Source: a virus (Duplodnaviria > Caudoviricetes). From it: 64,000 nt of DNA. Positions 40,001 to 48,366 of this stretch are shown here, piece after piece. Location: IMG/VR virus record IMGVR_UViG_3300035502_000313, positions 32,001 through 96,000 of that record, one strand, 5' to 3'. Made by a program: the position numbers and the translations under genes. Below the pieces are notes generated by a model. It did no database searches. It saw nothing but the letters and a program-made list of their open reading frames with translations, and had not been told where the DNA came from. Positions within the stretch are counted from its first letter, which is position 1, and every line of letters begins with the position of its first letter.

Positions 40001-41614
40001 TATGGATATCGTGATGGAGATGATAATACATCAGTTCATAAAGTTGTATCTGAATGGGGATTAAGACGTAATCTTCCTGAAATGTTCTACTGGAGTCTGG
40101 ATAAAGATGAATATACTTTGGATAGTATGCATTTACTTGATGAGGTATTTGACTTTACTTATGACTTTAATAAGACATATGAACAAAACCTTGAAGAAGG
40201 AACTAATTACGTTATAGGATATGATGCTGATAAACTAGAACAGTCTATAAAGCGTAGTGTTGTTTCTTTTTCCAAAAAAGGATCAGAATTAAAGGATCAT
40301 ATGAGCAGGACTCAATGTGTAAAGAGTTCTAGTCTTGGTGGATATAAGATAATTACATTTATTAAAAATAAGAATCAGAAGATAGTATTTGATAATATCT
40401 CGATTACTGTAGCTACGCCTCAATTGGCTAAATATATAAATCCAGTTCCTGTAACTAGTGTTACTTATACAACAAAAGGAGATAGTAAAGAAAATTCATT
40501 TATCAATGTTGATATGAAACACAACAGCCAAGAGAATTATACTATAAAGAAAACAAATACTTCTTTTACTGATGTAGATAAAAACTTTACTCAGGAATTT
40601 GATTCTTATAAGTTTAATAGAGAAACAGAGCTTCTTGAATATTATAAAGGTAATGAACTTGTTGTAACAGTACAGGTTGATAAAATCATAGACAATTCTA
40701 GATTACAGATGTCTCGTTGGAATATAAGTCAACAAGATAATTATGTAATGATATTTAAGAATAGAAAGTTATATGATAAATATAATACTATTGAATATGA
40801 TGATATCTCGTTCTCTGTTGATTTCTATAACGTAGAAATAAAAGATGATGATGAGTTTGAATTTGTATTTTTCTTAAATGCAAATAATACTATCATGAAA
40901 AAGATATGTGAAACCGATGATGATATCAAATTAAAATTACCAGACGGATACTATTCTAATTCTGCCAATAGTATTAGATTAGACATGAATGGTGATTTAA
41001 TGGACAAAGGTTTGTATACTTTAGTTACTGGTACAACTGAATTTGATTGTGCTATTCCATGTAATACAAGTATTATAGATGCTGAGAATGTACAGTTACT
41101 AGTAAATGAAATGCCTAAAGATGAGGATGATAAATATACTGTAACAGATACAACTAATACTACATATGAACTTGATTTTAGTATGAAATCATATAGAACG
41201 AAAGTAGAAACTAAAAATAATAATGGTATTGAGAGACGCTTTATTCATCAACTTACTGACGATAATAAGTTAAACGGACTACACCGTGTTACAAAACAAG
41301 GTGGGGGAGAATATATTCTCTTATTTGACGGTAAAGTTCCTGAGAATACTGGTTCTGAAGATAATGAAACAACTATCGTTACACCTGGTACTGGTGGTAA
41401 TTCTAATTTAGGTATCGGATTATTAGCATTAGCTACAAAGAATGTTAACCGTATAACCTTTAATGGAACTGTAGAACAATGGGAAGCTATATCTAAGACA
41501 AAACCATGGGTAAGAAGTGTTATTAACTTACAACCTAAGGGAATAAAGTGTACTGATGGAATAGCTACAGTTGGTGAAGGTGAAGCTCAAGACGGCACAA
41601 CAGCAGGTGTTTAA
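37025..41614 (+). CDS. large virion (baseplate/tail) protein
   Basis: 1529 aa; F(L/K)NG-type beta motifs, tandem KCVW..-V.a(D/d)I modules, C-terminal ITFNGTVEQW...IKCTDG motif. Confidence 0.7.
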   Translation: MSKYIEDVQGKIVSNPINETNTKYGFNEKSEDGIYYNDNYPIDTQYMYNYDEPVSDIDTAYYDDYRNKIEELRKRTESTYEALESCLVPVEIPGMSFQPYEFQTTETDDGEVIKEKQKSFTYFFQDHLSPIGEDSKEFVFRTNKVKFIDDRHRRLIYDRTIHLMTLKEDEDNKVSFRNVLLRTFFEYYNKNYYPLTRTVDAININIDSIINDIYSNIISSGETYTVLDSDGEEKTLSSKSDFDLVFQSGQDIDTLIPSTVYNLYNIGWLEASVMFLNGIIIPWTKIIISVDNIDTFIIISKLLEATSNLLDDDKDIYLDYVHIPFKVAYASGRISSSDNSLIYYKYTAGEEINKDNDIIFIIDKYGGVRFSSLTTNVNFRKVSISDTFDRIICLDPNIKYAEFSLDSDLKDIGIEYTKTFKDFCGNDYRCKLKQFNFLGFELDRYYENDVNYKGTFKNDDFTVTWHPFNIMDIRFKRLFNRKRVFKVFYNTKVLYDQDNILRIKNHDYLFEEYERYRQDVTANIETYLNEIYILAKKDIGTYITTDGKMYGYKYHYVTPYECFLLYNAINTSVYHNAYTSFDDFRNINVAGLRTDSSRFKTIINTELTANSEGKCVWVIPIGGNNQRPAVKITRLSDGDTVLADINFKDDNSQIIITMSKDGNNIAAGSYRATLYYADVIRYNPDLKSSNGKCVWTMTGVDLDTTVTAVYNANTNQIVLTDIEKVDDTTFNITIYSDEDIITRQFIAVLNTTTNTVDKGSILNYMNGGFIAIPSDEDSMFLKMVKEKDIYEDDKVTVRDDIKEYFENIAESTSASLVDILVPIDNESRTDSKTPSDSFYMYEGDSKGKIIPYLSIYSEFGMEQEYTDVKYDILKLRFELSYLNNMEEGATPVDEFIYYFDNSGVINMDKYPVVEDNNITFRTTAIDLNALAKNIFKLDPQNVYSSIEKMNWSADYIIPQTINGKRENCLVTLESEPPTSSYDYRLDPRFYYNYGYRDGDDNTSVHKVVSEWGLRRNLPEMFYWSLDKDEYTLDSMHLLDEVFDFTYDFNKTYEQNLEEGTNYVIGYDADKLEQSIKRSVVSFSKKGSELKDHMSRTQCVKSSSLGGYKIITFIKNKNQKIVFDNISITVATPQLAKYINPVPVTSVTYTTKGDSKENSFINVDMKHNSQENYTIKKTNTSFTDVDKNFTQEFDSYKFNRETELLEYYKGNELVVTVQVDKIIDNSRLQMSRWNISQQDNYVMIFKNRKLYDKYNTIEYDDISFSVDFYNVEIKDDDEFEFVFFLNANNTIMKKICETDDDIKLKLPDGYYSNSANSIRLDMNGDLMDKGLYTLVTGTTEFDCAIPCNTSIIDAENVQLLVNEMPKDEDDKYTVTDTTNTTYELDFSMKSYRTKVETKNNNGIERRFIHQLTDDNKLNGLHRVTKQGGGEYILLFDGKVPENTGSEDNETTIVTPGTGGNSNLGIGLLALATKNVNRITFNGTVEQWEAISKTKPWVRSVINLQPKGIKCTDGIATVGEGEAQDGTTAGV

Positions 41615-41627
41615 GGAGGGATGATAA

Positions 41628-43508
41628 ATGCAGAATATTTATTGTGGTCTAACTACATTTAATAGCACTACAATTAAAAGAGAAGATTCACAAATTACTA
41701 TATATGGTGATGCACAAAACTCTAGCATTGATCAGACATTTATCAAAAACCTTGCTAGTTGTGTAAATAGTATTTCTATTATTGAATTGAAAGAAATAAC
41801 AAGAGTAGAAGATTATGCATTATCAAATCTTCAAGTAAGTAAGTTCGAACTTATCTTACCTGATACATTACAGTACATCGGAAAGTATGCTTTTGAAAAC
41901 TGCACTGCAATGAATAGTATTGTTATTCCTTCATCTGTCACATATATTGGTGTAGGTGCATTCTATAATTGTGGTTCATTAAACCATATATATTTCAGAG
42001 AAGGTACTACAATAGATTATATTCCTGAACAATTCTGTTCTGGTGGTGGTTTAAATAGTGTCGGAATAGCATATAATGATGGCACGTTTACTCCAGATGA
42101 TACAACAGAATTCCCAGCTTCTATTAAGACAATCAATAATAATGCTTTTAAGGATTGTATGTCTATGGGTAATAATCTAATTATTGGAGACAGCGTAGAA
42201 AGACTCGGTGATTATGCTTTTTATGGAACAATATTTGATAATATTACTATAGGCACTGGTATTAATACTGGTGATGACGAAAACTCTTCTGAATTTGATG
42301 ATGGTGGTTATACTACAGATAGAGAAATCACTACACCATATACATTATATCTATCATCTAAGCGTCAGTTTAGATATAAACGTATTGATATTACAGAAGA
42401 TACTCCAGCAGGTACTATATTCTTACTTAATGTGGATAATTATGTTGAAGATGAAAGTGTTGGCAAATCATATACTTATAAGACTTCTGATGATGATTTT
42501 AAGTTCTGCTTGAATAGTAATCATGTATTAGTATTTAAGAATGGATTATTATTACCTGATACATATTATTATCTACATTCTATAATAAACAATCCTATTA
42601 ACGATGTAGGTATAGTAATTAATGTATCTCTCACTAAAGATGATTATATTGATATTTTCTATGTTACTAACGACTTAAAACACATAGAAGTAGATTATTA
42701 TGATATGGCTAATAAAGAGAGATACTTAAAGAATGGTGATATAAGAGTAGCATCTAATAATGCTACAGAATATCGTAATATGGGTGATACAATGGAGAAT
42801 AAGTATAATAATAAAGTAGTAAATGCAAACTATATTAAACTACGTTCTCCATTATATGCAATATCTAGTAAGCATTCTTTATTTGTATTCTTAAATGGTA
42901 AGAAAGTAAGACTTGAAGAACTAGAAGATATTTCTGACACTATATTGAGTATAAGTTCAGATTATGCTAGATCTTCAGACGTTGAAGATAATACTATGAA
43001 TGCTGTAAGACTAGAAGTATTAAATCATCTTGATACACAGGATATTATTGAACAACTTTATATTAATGATGGTTTAAGTCATAATGATAAAACCATTTAT
43101 GAAAATCAATTTATTTTAAAGAATCAAAAAAATGTATATAAGAATACATTATTAGTTAATTCCATAGACTTAACTAAATTGGAATCTTATGCTAAACGTA
43201 CATTATTAGATGATATTTTAAATGATTTATCTGATGAGAATCTTAATAAGTTATTCTATGAGTATAATACTGGTCAAGGTCCTATAACAGAATTAGATGA
43301 ATCAAAGATGAATGAACCTGATTTTGTTAAGAAAGATGTTGTAATTAATTCTATTATAAATAAATATTATGAAGTTACAAATACTAGTAAGAATCCTACT
43401 AATACATCTACATCCGATTCTGAAGTTTCTGATGATGATACATTGATTTATGCTAGTGACGATTTAACAACAATTCCTGACGGTCATGACGGAAATACTG
43501 AAACTTAA
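41628..43508 (+). CDS. virion protein with BspA-type (LRR_5) leucine-rich repeats
   Basis: LPDTLQYIGKYAFENC, IPSSVTYIGVGAFYNC, FPASIKTINNNAFKDC, IGDSVERLGDYAF repeats; then VFKNG/VFLNG baseplate-like motifs. Confidence 0.8.
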   Translation: MQNIYCGLTTFNSTTIKREDSQITIYGDAQNSSIDQTFIKNLASCVNSISIIELKEITRVEDYALSNLQVSKFELILPDTLQYIGKYAFENCTAMNSIVIPSSVTYIGVGAFYNCGSLNHIYFREGTTIDYIPEQFCSGGGLNSVGIAYNDGTFTPDDTTEFPASIKTINNNAFKDCMSMGNNLIIGDSVERLGDYAFYGTIFDNITIGTGINTGDDENSSEFDDGGYTTDREITTPYTLYLSSKRQFRYKRIDITEDTPAGTIFLLNVDNYVEDESVGKSYTYKTSDDDFKFCLNSNHVLVFKNGLLLPDTYYYLHSIINNPINDVGIVINVSLTKDDYIDIFYVTNDLKHIEVDYYDMANKERYLKNGDIRVASNNATEYRNMGDTMENKYNNKVVNANYIKLRSPLYAISSKHSLFVFLNGKKVRLEELEDISDTILSISSDYARSSDVEDNTMNAVRLEVLNHLDTQDIIEQLYINDGLSHNDKTIYENQFILKNQKNVYKNTLLVNSIDLTKLESYAKRTLLDDILNDLSDENLNKLFYEYNTGQGPITELDESKMNEPDFVKKDVVINSIINKYYEVTNTSKNPTNTSTSDSEVSDDDTLIYASDDLTTIPDGHDGNTET

Positions 43509-43597
43509 TTTATAGCAAACAATATATTATAATCATACCTTTTCTGAGGTACCATGATATAATTATGATTACTAATTTTGCTAAGATATACATTATA

Positions 43598-43631
43598 AAG
43601 AGAGATGGGCTATTATAAATCCCATCTCTCT
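43598..43631 (+). terminator. strong hairpin / terminator
   Basis: AGAGAGATGGG/CCCATCTCTCT stem. Confidence 0.65.
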
Positions 43632-43721
43632 ATTCATTAATTGTGAACAATCTAGTAAATGATATAATATTACATTTAGTATAGTGAATAGATAATATTC
43701 AGAAAGGAGCTTAGAAAAAAG

Positions 43722-44552
43722 ATGGACGAAGTTACTACAACAATTGCAGAGAATGCTCAAAATGCTGATGTAGCTCAGTATTCAGAACTTATTAGCACTT
43801 ATGGGGCATCTACAGTAATTCTGGCTGTATTCTTGGTTGTATTGTTAGCCATGTTTGGATATATTCTTAAAAATAACCAAAAGACGAATAATCAGTTAAT
43901 TAAACAGCAACAAGAGCTTGTTAAGAAGCTAATGGAAAAGGAAAATGAAACAGCTAAGAAAGCTGAAGAACCTATAATTCAGCGACCAGTTGTTACTAAA
44001 GAACCTGACATTGTACAGATATTCCTTGATATAAACTCTGGTATAAAGAGTATATTGAAGGATATTTCAGAAGAACTTGATACTGCCAGAGCTGCAGTAT
44101 ATGTGTTTCACAATGGTGTTTATAGTTCCCATGGTCTACCATTCTTTAAGATTTCATGTGTCTGTGAAGTTATTAAAAAGAATTGTGGTGTGGTAAAAGG
44201 AATTAATTCACAGACAGGACTTCCATTACAAATGTTTGATAACAGTATCTCTTATATGTATAAGAATGGCAAGATAAGTATAGGTGATACTGATGATGAA
44301 TCTAATGAATTTGTTCATGATTCTCCAGTACTTATAGGAATGCTAAAAAGCAATAATATCAAATCAGCTGTAAGTATATCAATATATGATAATGATGATA
44401 ACATAGTTGGTATAGTTCTAACTGAATTTACAGAAACACATGATAAAGAATTTATGGATAATATTCAACAGAAACTAATCAAAAAAGCTCCATTGTTATC
44501 ACCAATTCTTGAGTATTCGGGAATTTTTAATAACAATGTAACTAATAAATAA
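43722..44552 (+). CDS. single-TM protein with GAF-like domain (T4 T-holin-like candidate)
   Basis: Hydrophobic segment (STVILAVFLVVLLAMFGYIL), coiled coil, then LDTARAAVYVFHNG...SAVSISIYD...IVGIVLTEF GAF pattern; late promoter at 43646-43657. Confidence 0.6.
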   Translation: MDEVTTTIAENAQNADVAQYSELISTYGASTVILAVFLVVLLAMFGYILKNNQKTNNQLIKQQQELVKKLMEKENETAKKAEEPIIQRPVVTKEPDIVQIFLDINSGIKSILKDISEELDTARAAVYVFHNGVYSSHGLPFFKISCVCEVIKKNCGVVKGINSQTGLPLQMFDNSISYMYKNGKISIGDTDDESNEFVHDSPVLIGMLKSNNIKSAVSISIYDNDDNIVGIVLTEFTETHDKEFMDNIQQKLIKKAPLLSPILEYSGIFNNNVTNK

Positions 44553-44708
44553 GGTATACCTCCATGCTAAATGCAGACGGGGTTCATCCTCGTCTGCATA
44601 ACTTTTTTTGAAATGTATACTATAGAAGTGTTATAGAGACACGCAAGTAATTGCTATCCCCTAGGCAGTCAAGGTAAATCATAAAAAGAAAGTAGAGGTT
44701 AATTTAAA

Positions 44709-45566
44709 ATGAAAAACAAAAACAATATGAGGACCATGATTCGTAATATTATTAAGGATAATTTTATTCCAATCATGGGAATAATTGCATGTGTAATTGT
44801 TATCTTTTATGCATGTGTAACCTACATCGCAAGTGGAGTGGAAGAAGATAAAACTTCTGCTCGTGAAACATCTACTGTAGAGGTTGTTACCACTACAGTT
44901 GTAACAGAGACTATTGTAGCTACAAGCACCACCAGTCTTCCAATATCTACAACAACCACATCGACTACTACAACAGAAACAACAACGACAGAAGTTAGTA
45001 CAACAGAGGACATAAATGAAACGACGGAAGAAACAACAGTTTATATAGAAGAAAACACCGAACCAGCATACGAATATTTATTCTATGCAGAATCAATGAG
45101 AGTCCATAAAAGGAATTGTGTATACGCAGATACATCCTGTATGGAAATCATTTATGGGGATTATATCGAGGAAGCACGTCCTTGTGAAACATGTAATCCC
45201 GATATTACTATAGGAAATCTCTATGTTCCTGAGACAACAAGTTATTCTGAAACATCATCATCTTCAGGACTTACAAGGAACTGGACTGTTACAGAAATGA
45301 CATATTATAGTGGCTCATACGGGTGCATTGGTGCATCTGGAAGAACACTTGTAAATAATTATAGTGTCGGGTGTAATTCAATACCGTTAGGCACTATCAT
45401 ATACATAGAATCATCTGATGGTTCTGTGGATGGGTATTATCGAGTAGATGATACAGGAGGAATGGGTAGTAATGTTATTGATATATTCTACTCAGATTAC
45501 TCTAACACACCCTATTCGTTTAGACAAGCAGGAAGGGTATCCTGTACAGTATATATTGTGGATTAA
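44709..45566 (+). CDS. membrane-anchored 3D-domain cell-wall protein
   Basis: N-terminal TM, Thr/Glu-rich linker, H..C...PC..C.P metal-binding-like module, C-terminal GASG...IPLGTIIYI...RVDDTGG...IDIF (3D domain). Confidence 0.82.
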   Translation: MKNKNNMRTMIRNIIKDNFIPIMGIIACVIVIFYACVTYIASGVEEDKTSARETSTVEVVTTTVVTETIVATSTTSLPISTTTTSTTTTETTTTEVSTTEDINETTEETTVYIEENTEPAYEYLFYAESMRVHKRNCVYADTSCMEIIYGDYIEEARPCETCNPDITIGNLYVPETTSYSETSSSSGLTRNWTVTEMTYYSGSYGCIGASGRTLVNNYSVGCNSIPLGTIIYIESSDGSVDGYYRVDDTGGMGSNVIDIFYSDYSNTPYSFRQAGRVSCTVYIVD

Positions 45567-45681
45567 ATGAGTAGGGTTCTCTATAACAAAAAATAAATAG
45601 GGGTAGTTTAACACTACCTTTATTTTTTAGTATTGAAAGTATACCAATGCCACCATACCTTAATTGGTATGGTGGCTAATA

Positions 45682-46044
45682 TTAATCGCTAGTTACTTCA
45701 CTAGAACTATCGGAAGAAGAAGATGTACCAGCATCATAAACTACAAGTAGACGATCCATATCTACTACACATGTAGGTTCAACACTAATTACATCAAGTC
45801 CATCAAGGGCAGCATCAATTGTCTTCTGTGCTTCTACAGCATCATTAATAGAGAACTGTACAATCTTTACAGCAGGAGTTGTAATCTCAGATTCACCATC
45901 ATAGAGAACAACAGCCATATCACTCTGACCGTTAGATGTAACCTTTAGAGATACAAAACCCTCAAGATCTTTAATCTGTTCATTAATCTTCTTTTCAGCT
46001 TCAACAATATCAGCACGACCGATATGAATTAATAGACTCTTCAT
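45682..46044 (-). CDS. hypothetical protein with two ~50-aa beta-alpha-beta-beta repeats
   Basis: Internal repeat (AEKKINEQI...AVVLYD / AQKTIDAAL...LLVVYD); RBS AAGGAGG. Confidence 0.75.
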   Translation of the reverse strand: MKSLLIHIGRADIVEAEKKINEQIKDLEGFVSLKVTSNGQSDMAVVLYDGESEITTPAVKIVQFSINDAVEAQKTIDAALDGLDVISVEPTCVVDMDRLLVVYDAGTSSSSDSSSEVTSD

Positions 46045-46064
46045 AATATTACCTCCTTATTATA

Positions 46065-46595
46065 TTACTCTTCAGAGAAAAGAATAATCATATTATTATC
46101 ATCAAGCATAAAGCTGTCATATGGTTGTAAACCCCATTTATCATCCTCATCAAGAAGTTGCAGTATCATAGAAAGACTACGTGATCCACTAACTGGATTT
46201 GCAGGATTCTTTACAATCTTAACTCTTGGATTTTTAGCAGCTTTATATTCGAAAAGAATAATATACATATATTCAGATGGATGACAAATAGAAATAAATG
46301 ACTTAGGCTCATCTTCAGCAATCTCCATCTCTAAAAGAGTATCATTAATGATATCTTCTGTTTTTCTCATATCCTGAGAACCACGAATAACCTTTACACC
46401 AATCTCAGGTGTATCAGTACCTTTAGAATCTTCTTTCTCAGCAACAAGCATATACTTATTAGCATCTAAAGTTTTAATAAGGCCAGCAAGCCAAGTAACA
46501 GCATTATCCTTACCAATCTTTAGAATGGCTTCATTAATTTTTTCCTCATTATCCTTTTCATTTAAAGACATAGGAACTAAATAAACTTGTTTCAT
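46065..46595 (-). CDS. hypothetical protein with three similar repeats
   Basis: V(K/Y)(V/I/L)...E..IN..L...(YM/MI)(L/I)(V/L) pattern three times; AACT-N6-TA at 46641-46652. Confidence 0.75.
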   Translation of the reverse strand: MKQVYLVPMSLNEKDNEEKINEAILKIGKDNAVTWLAGLIKTLDANKYMLVAEKEDSKGTDTPEIGVKVIRGSQDMRKTEDIINDTLLEMEIAEDEPKSFISICHPSEYMYIILFEYKAAKNPRVKIVKNPANPVSGSRSLSMILQLLDEDDKWGLQPYDSFMLDDNNMIILFSEE

Positions 46596-46728
46596 AAACA
46601 GGATTTACCTCCTTATATAACAACTTAACATCATCATCTTTATTATAAAGTTTCGTTAAAAAATAAAAAATATAAACCACTAAGTAATGAAAAAATAAGC
46701 CACCCGATACGGGCAGCTTATATTTTTA

Positions 46729-47067
46729 TTAGACCCAGGAATACACCTCCTTTCCTGTACGAAGATTGATGAGTATCTGCAGATACTCACCCTCTTCGTT
46801 TTCAATATCCGTTATTATCTCCAGGATTCGTATCCTGGAGATATCATTGTTTTCTATTCCATCATAACCTCCGAAGAGGTGATCGATGGAAATTCCATCA
46901 TATTTCCCGGGTCTTTTATAATACCCAGGATTCGTCCCGAGCATCACGTTGAGATACCCGGGATAATAAATGAACTGCACCGGCTTCCTTCCATAGTAAT
47001 CTATGAATGCTTTGTAGATGTTGTGGATGATTATTTTGTTCATTTTCTTATTCATTCTTTTATTCAT
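46729..47067 (-). CDS. hypothetical early protein
   Basis: RBS AAGGA; long structured leader at 47068-47185. Confidence 0.7.
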   Translation of the reverse strand: MNKRMNKKMNKIIIHNIYKAFIDYYGRKPVQFIYYPGYLNVMLGTNPGYYKRPGKYDGISIDHLFGGYDGIENNDISRIRILEIITDIENEEGEYLQILINLRTGKEVYSWV

Positions 47068-47237
47068 AACTGTATTCCTTTTCCCTTAATCGTTGGGAAC
47101 GTAGACTTTCATCTACGCCTGATGCTTTGCGTAACATGTATGCATCGACCATGCTAGAAGTAATAATTTCTTATTCTTCTACCTATATTATATATAAGTA
47201 AAAAATCAGAGGTTGACAAATAGCCAACCTCCAATAA

Positions 47238-47549
47238 TTAATCTAATATTACACCATACCAATCTTCAGCTAGAATATCTTCACAAGAAGGAGACCATAT
47301 AGAGAATGACCCATCTTCACATCTAATCTGGAAATATGGATTTACTTTAATTATGCTACCTTCTTCAATATGTAATGCTACAGCAGTGTTTTCGTTACAG
47401 GGAATTCCCTCAGGATATCCCTTCTGATAAATCACATATACATCTTTATCTTTCCAGCCTTTTCTTGCTACTTTAATTCCATTCTTAAGATACTTTATAG
47501 CATCTCCAAAATCAAAAAATACTTTATCTACTTTCATATTATCCTCCAA
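47238..47549 (-). CDS. DUF2829 family protein (Tad2-like anti-Thoeris nucleotide sponge)
   Basis: DFGDAIKYLKNGIKVARKGW...PYFQI...WSPSCEDILAEDW is the DUF2829 signature. Confidence 0.82.
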   Translation of the reverse strand: MEDNMKVDKVFFDFGDAIKYLKNGIKVARKGWKDKDVYVIYQKGYPEGIPCNENTAVALHIEEGSIIKVNPYFQIRCEDGSFSIWSPSCEDILAEDWYGVILD

Positions 47550-47551
47550 AA

Positions 47552-48268
47552 TTAATAATACAATTCTTTTATAAATCTTGGATCATTATCAAAGTTATAT
47601 ACAAACAATGGATTAAGTTCATAGAATCTCCATCCACCACCAGTAGTAGCTTGTTTACCAAGTAGACAATCTGAAATATGTCTAGACTCCAATCCATGAT
47701 TCAATCCGAACTGTAACTGATTATTAGTTAAATACAACTGTCCATTAGGAGCCTGAGCAATAAACTTTCTAACTGTTATTGAATTTCTTGTTTGATGAAT
47801 AGGTGTAGACCATGTTATATTACCTCTAACATATCCTAAGTTATTATCTATTCTCTCTATAGAAATTCTCTGATTAGGATACATTGTCTTAGTCTGTATA
47901 TATGATGCATACATATCATCAAAGAAATCAACAAATACATCATAATCTGTAGTTAATCCTCTACCACCATATCTATGATATTCACTATTATTAGGATTAT
48001 AGATACGGTCTTTCATATGAGCCCATACATCATAGAATTTATGATCTACAGATTTCTTTAATCCAAATCCACATACAATATTATGTAATGATGAATTAGG
48101 ATTGTTCTTTAAGTTCTGCTCACTTACTTCTCTTGTACGATTACATTTAGTACAGCGTACATAAAACATTCTTCTGTCGTTCTTTGTGTCTCTATAGGCT
48201 CTTAATAAAACCATATCTCCTATAGTTTCACCTGGTTGTAACGGAATATAATTAGCGTGTCTTGACAT
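47552..48268 (-). mobile_element. free-standing HNH homing endonuclease with NUMOD/IENR-like C-terminus
   Basis: W..MKDR..NPN...YHRYGGRG...SIERIDNN.GY..GN..W...Q.RN; C-terminal HISDCLLGKQATTGGGWRF; own promoter at 48294-48305. Confidence 0.85.
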
Positions 48269-48366
48269 ATAATGTCCTCCTTTAAATTTATTTTATAAAT
48301 ATGTTATTTAATTTATAAAATAAATATCCACCGCTAATATACATTACGAATGCTACACTTTTAAAA

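Noticed and set aside
44631-44675. Fourth copy of the family-A leader
   Set aside because: Only short shared words (AGTG, TATCC..TAG, GGCAGT) and a small hairpin; the nested stems are not reproduced.
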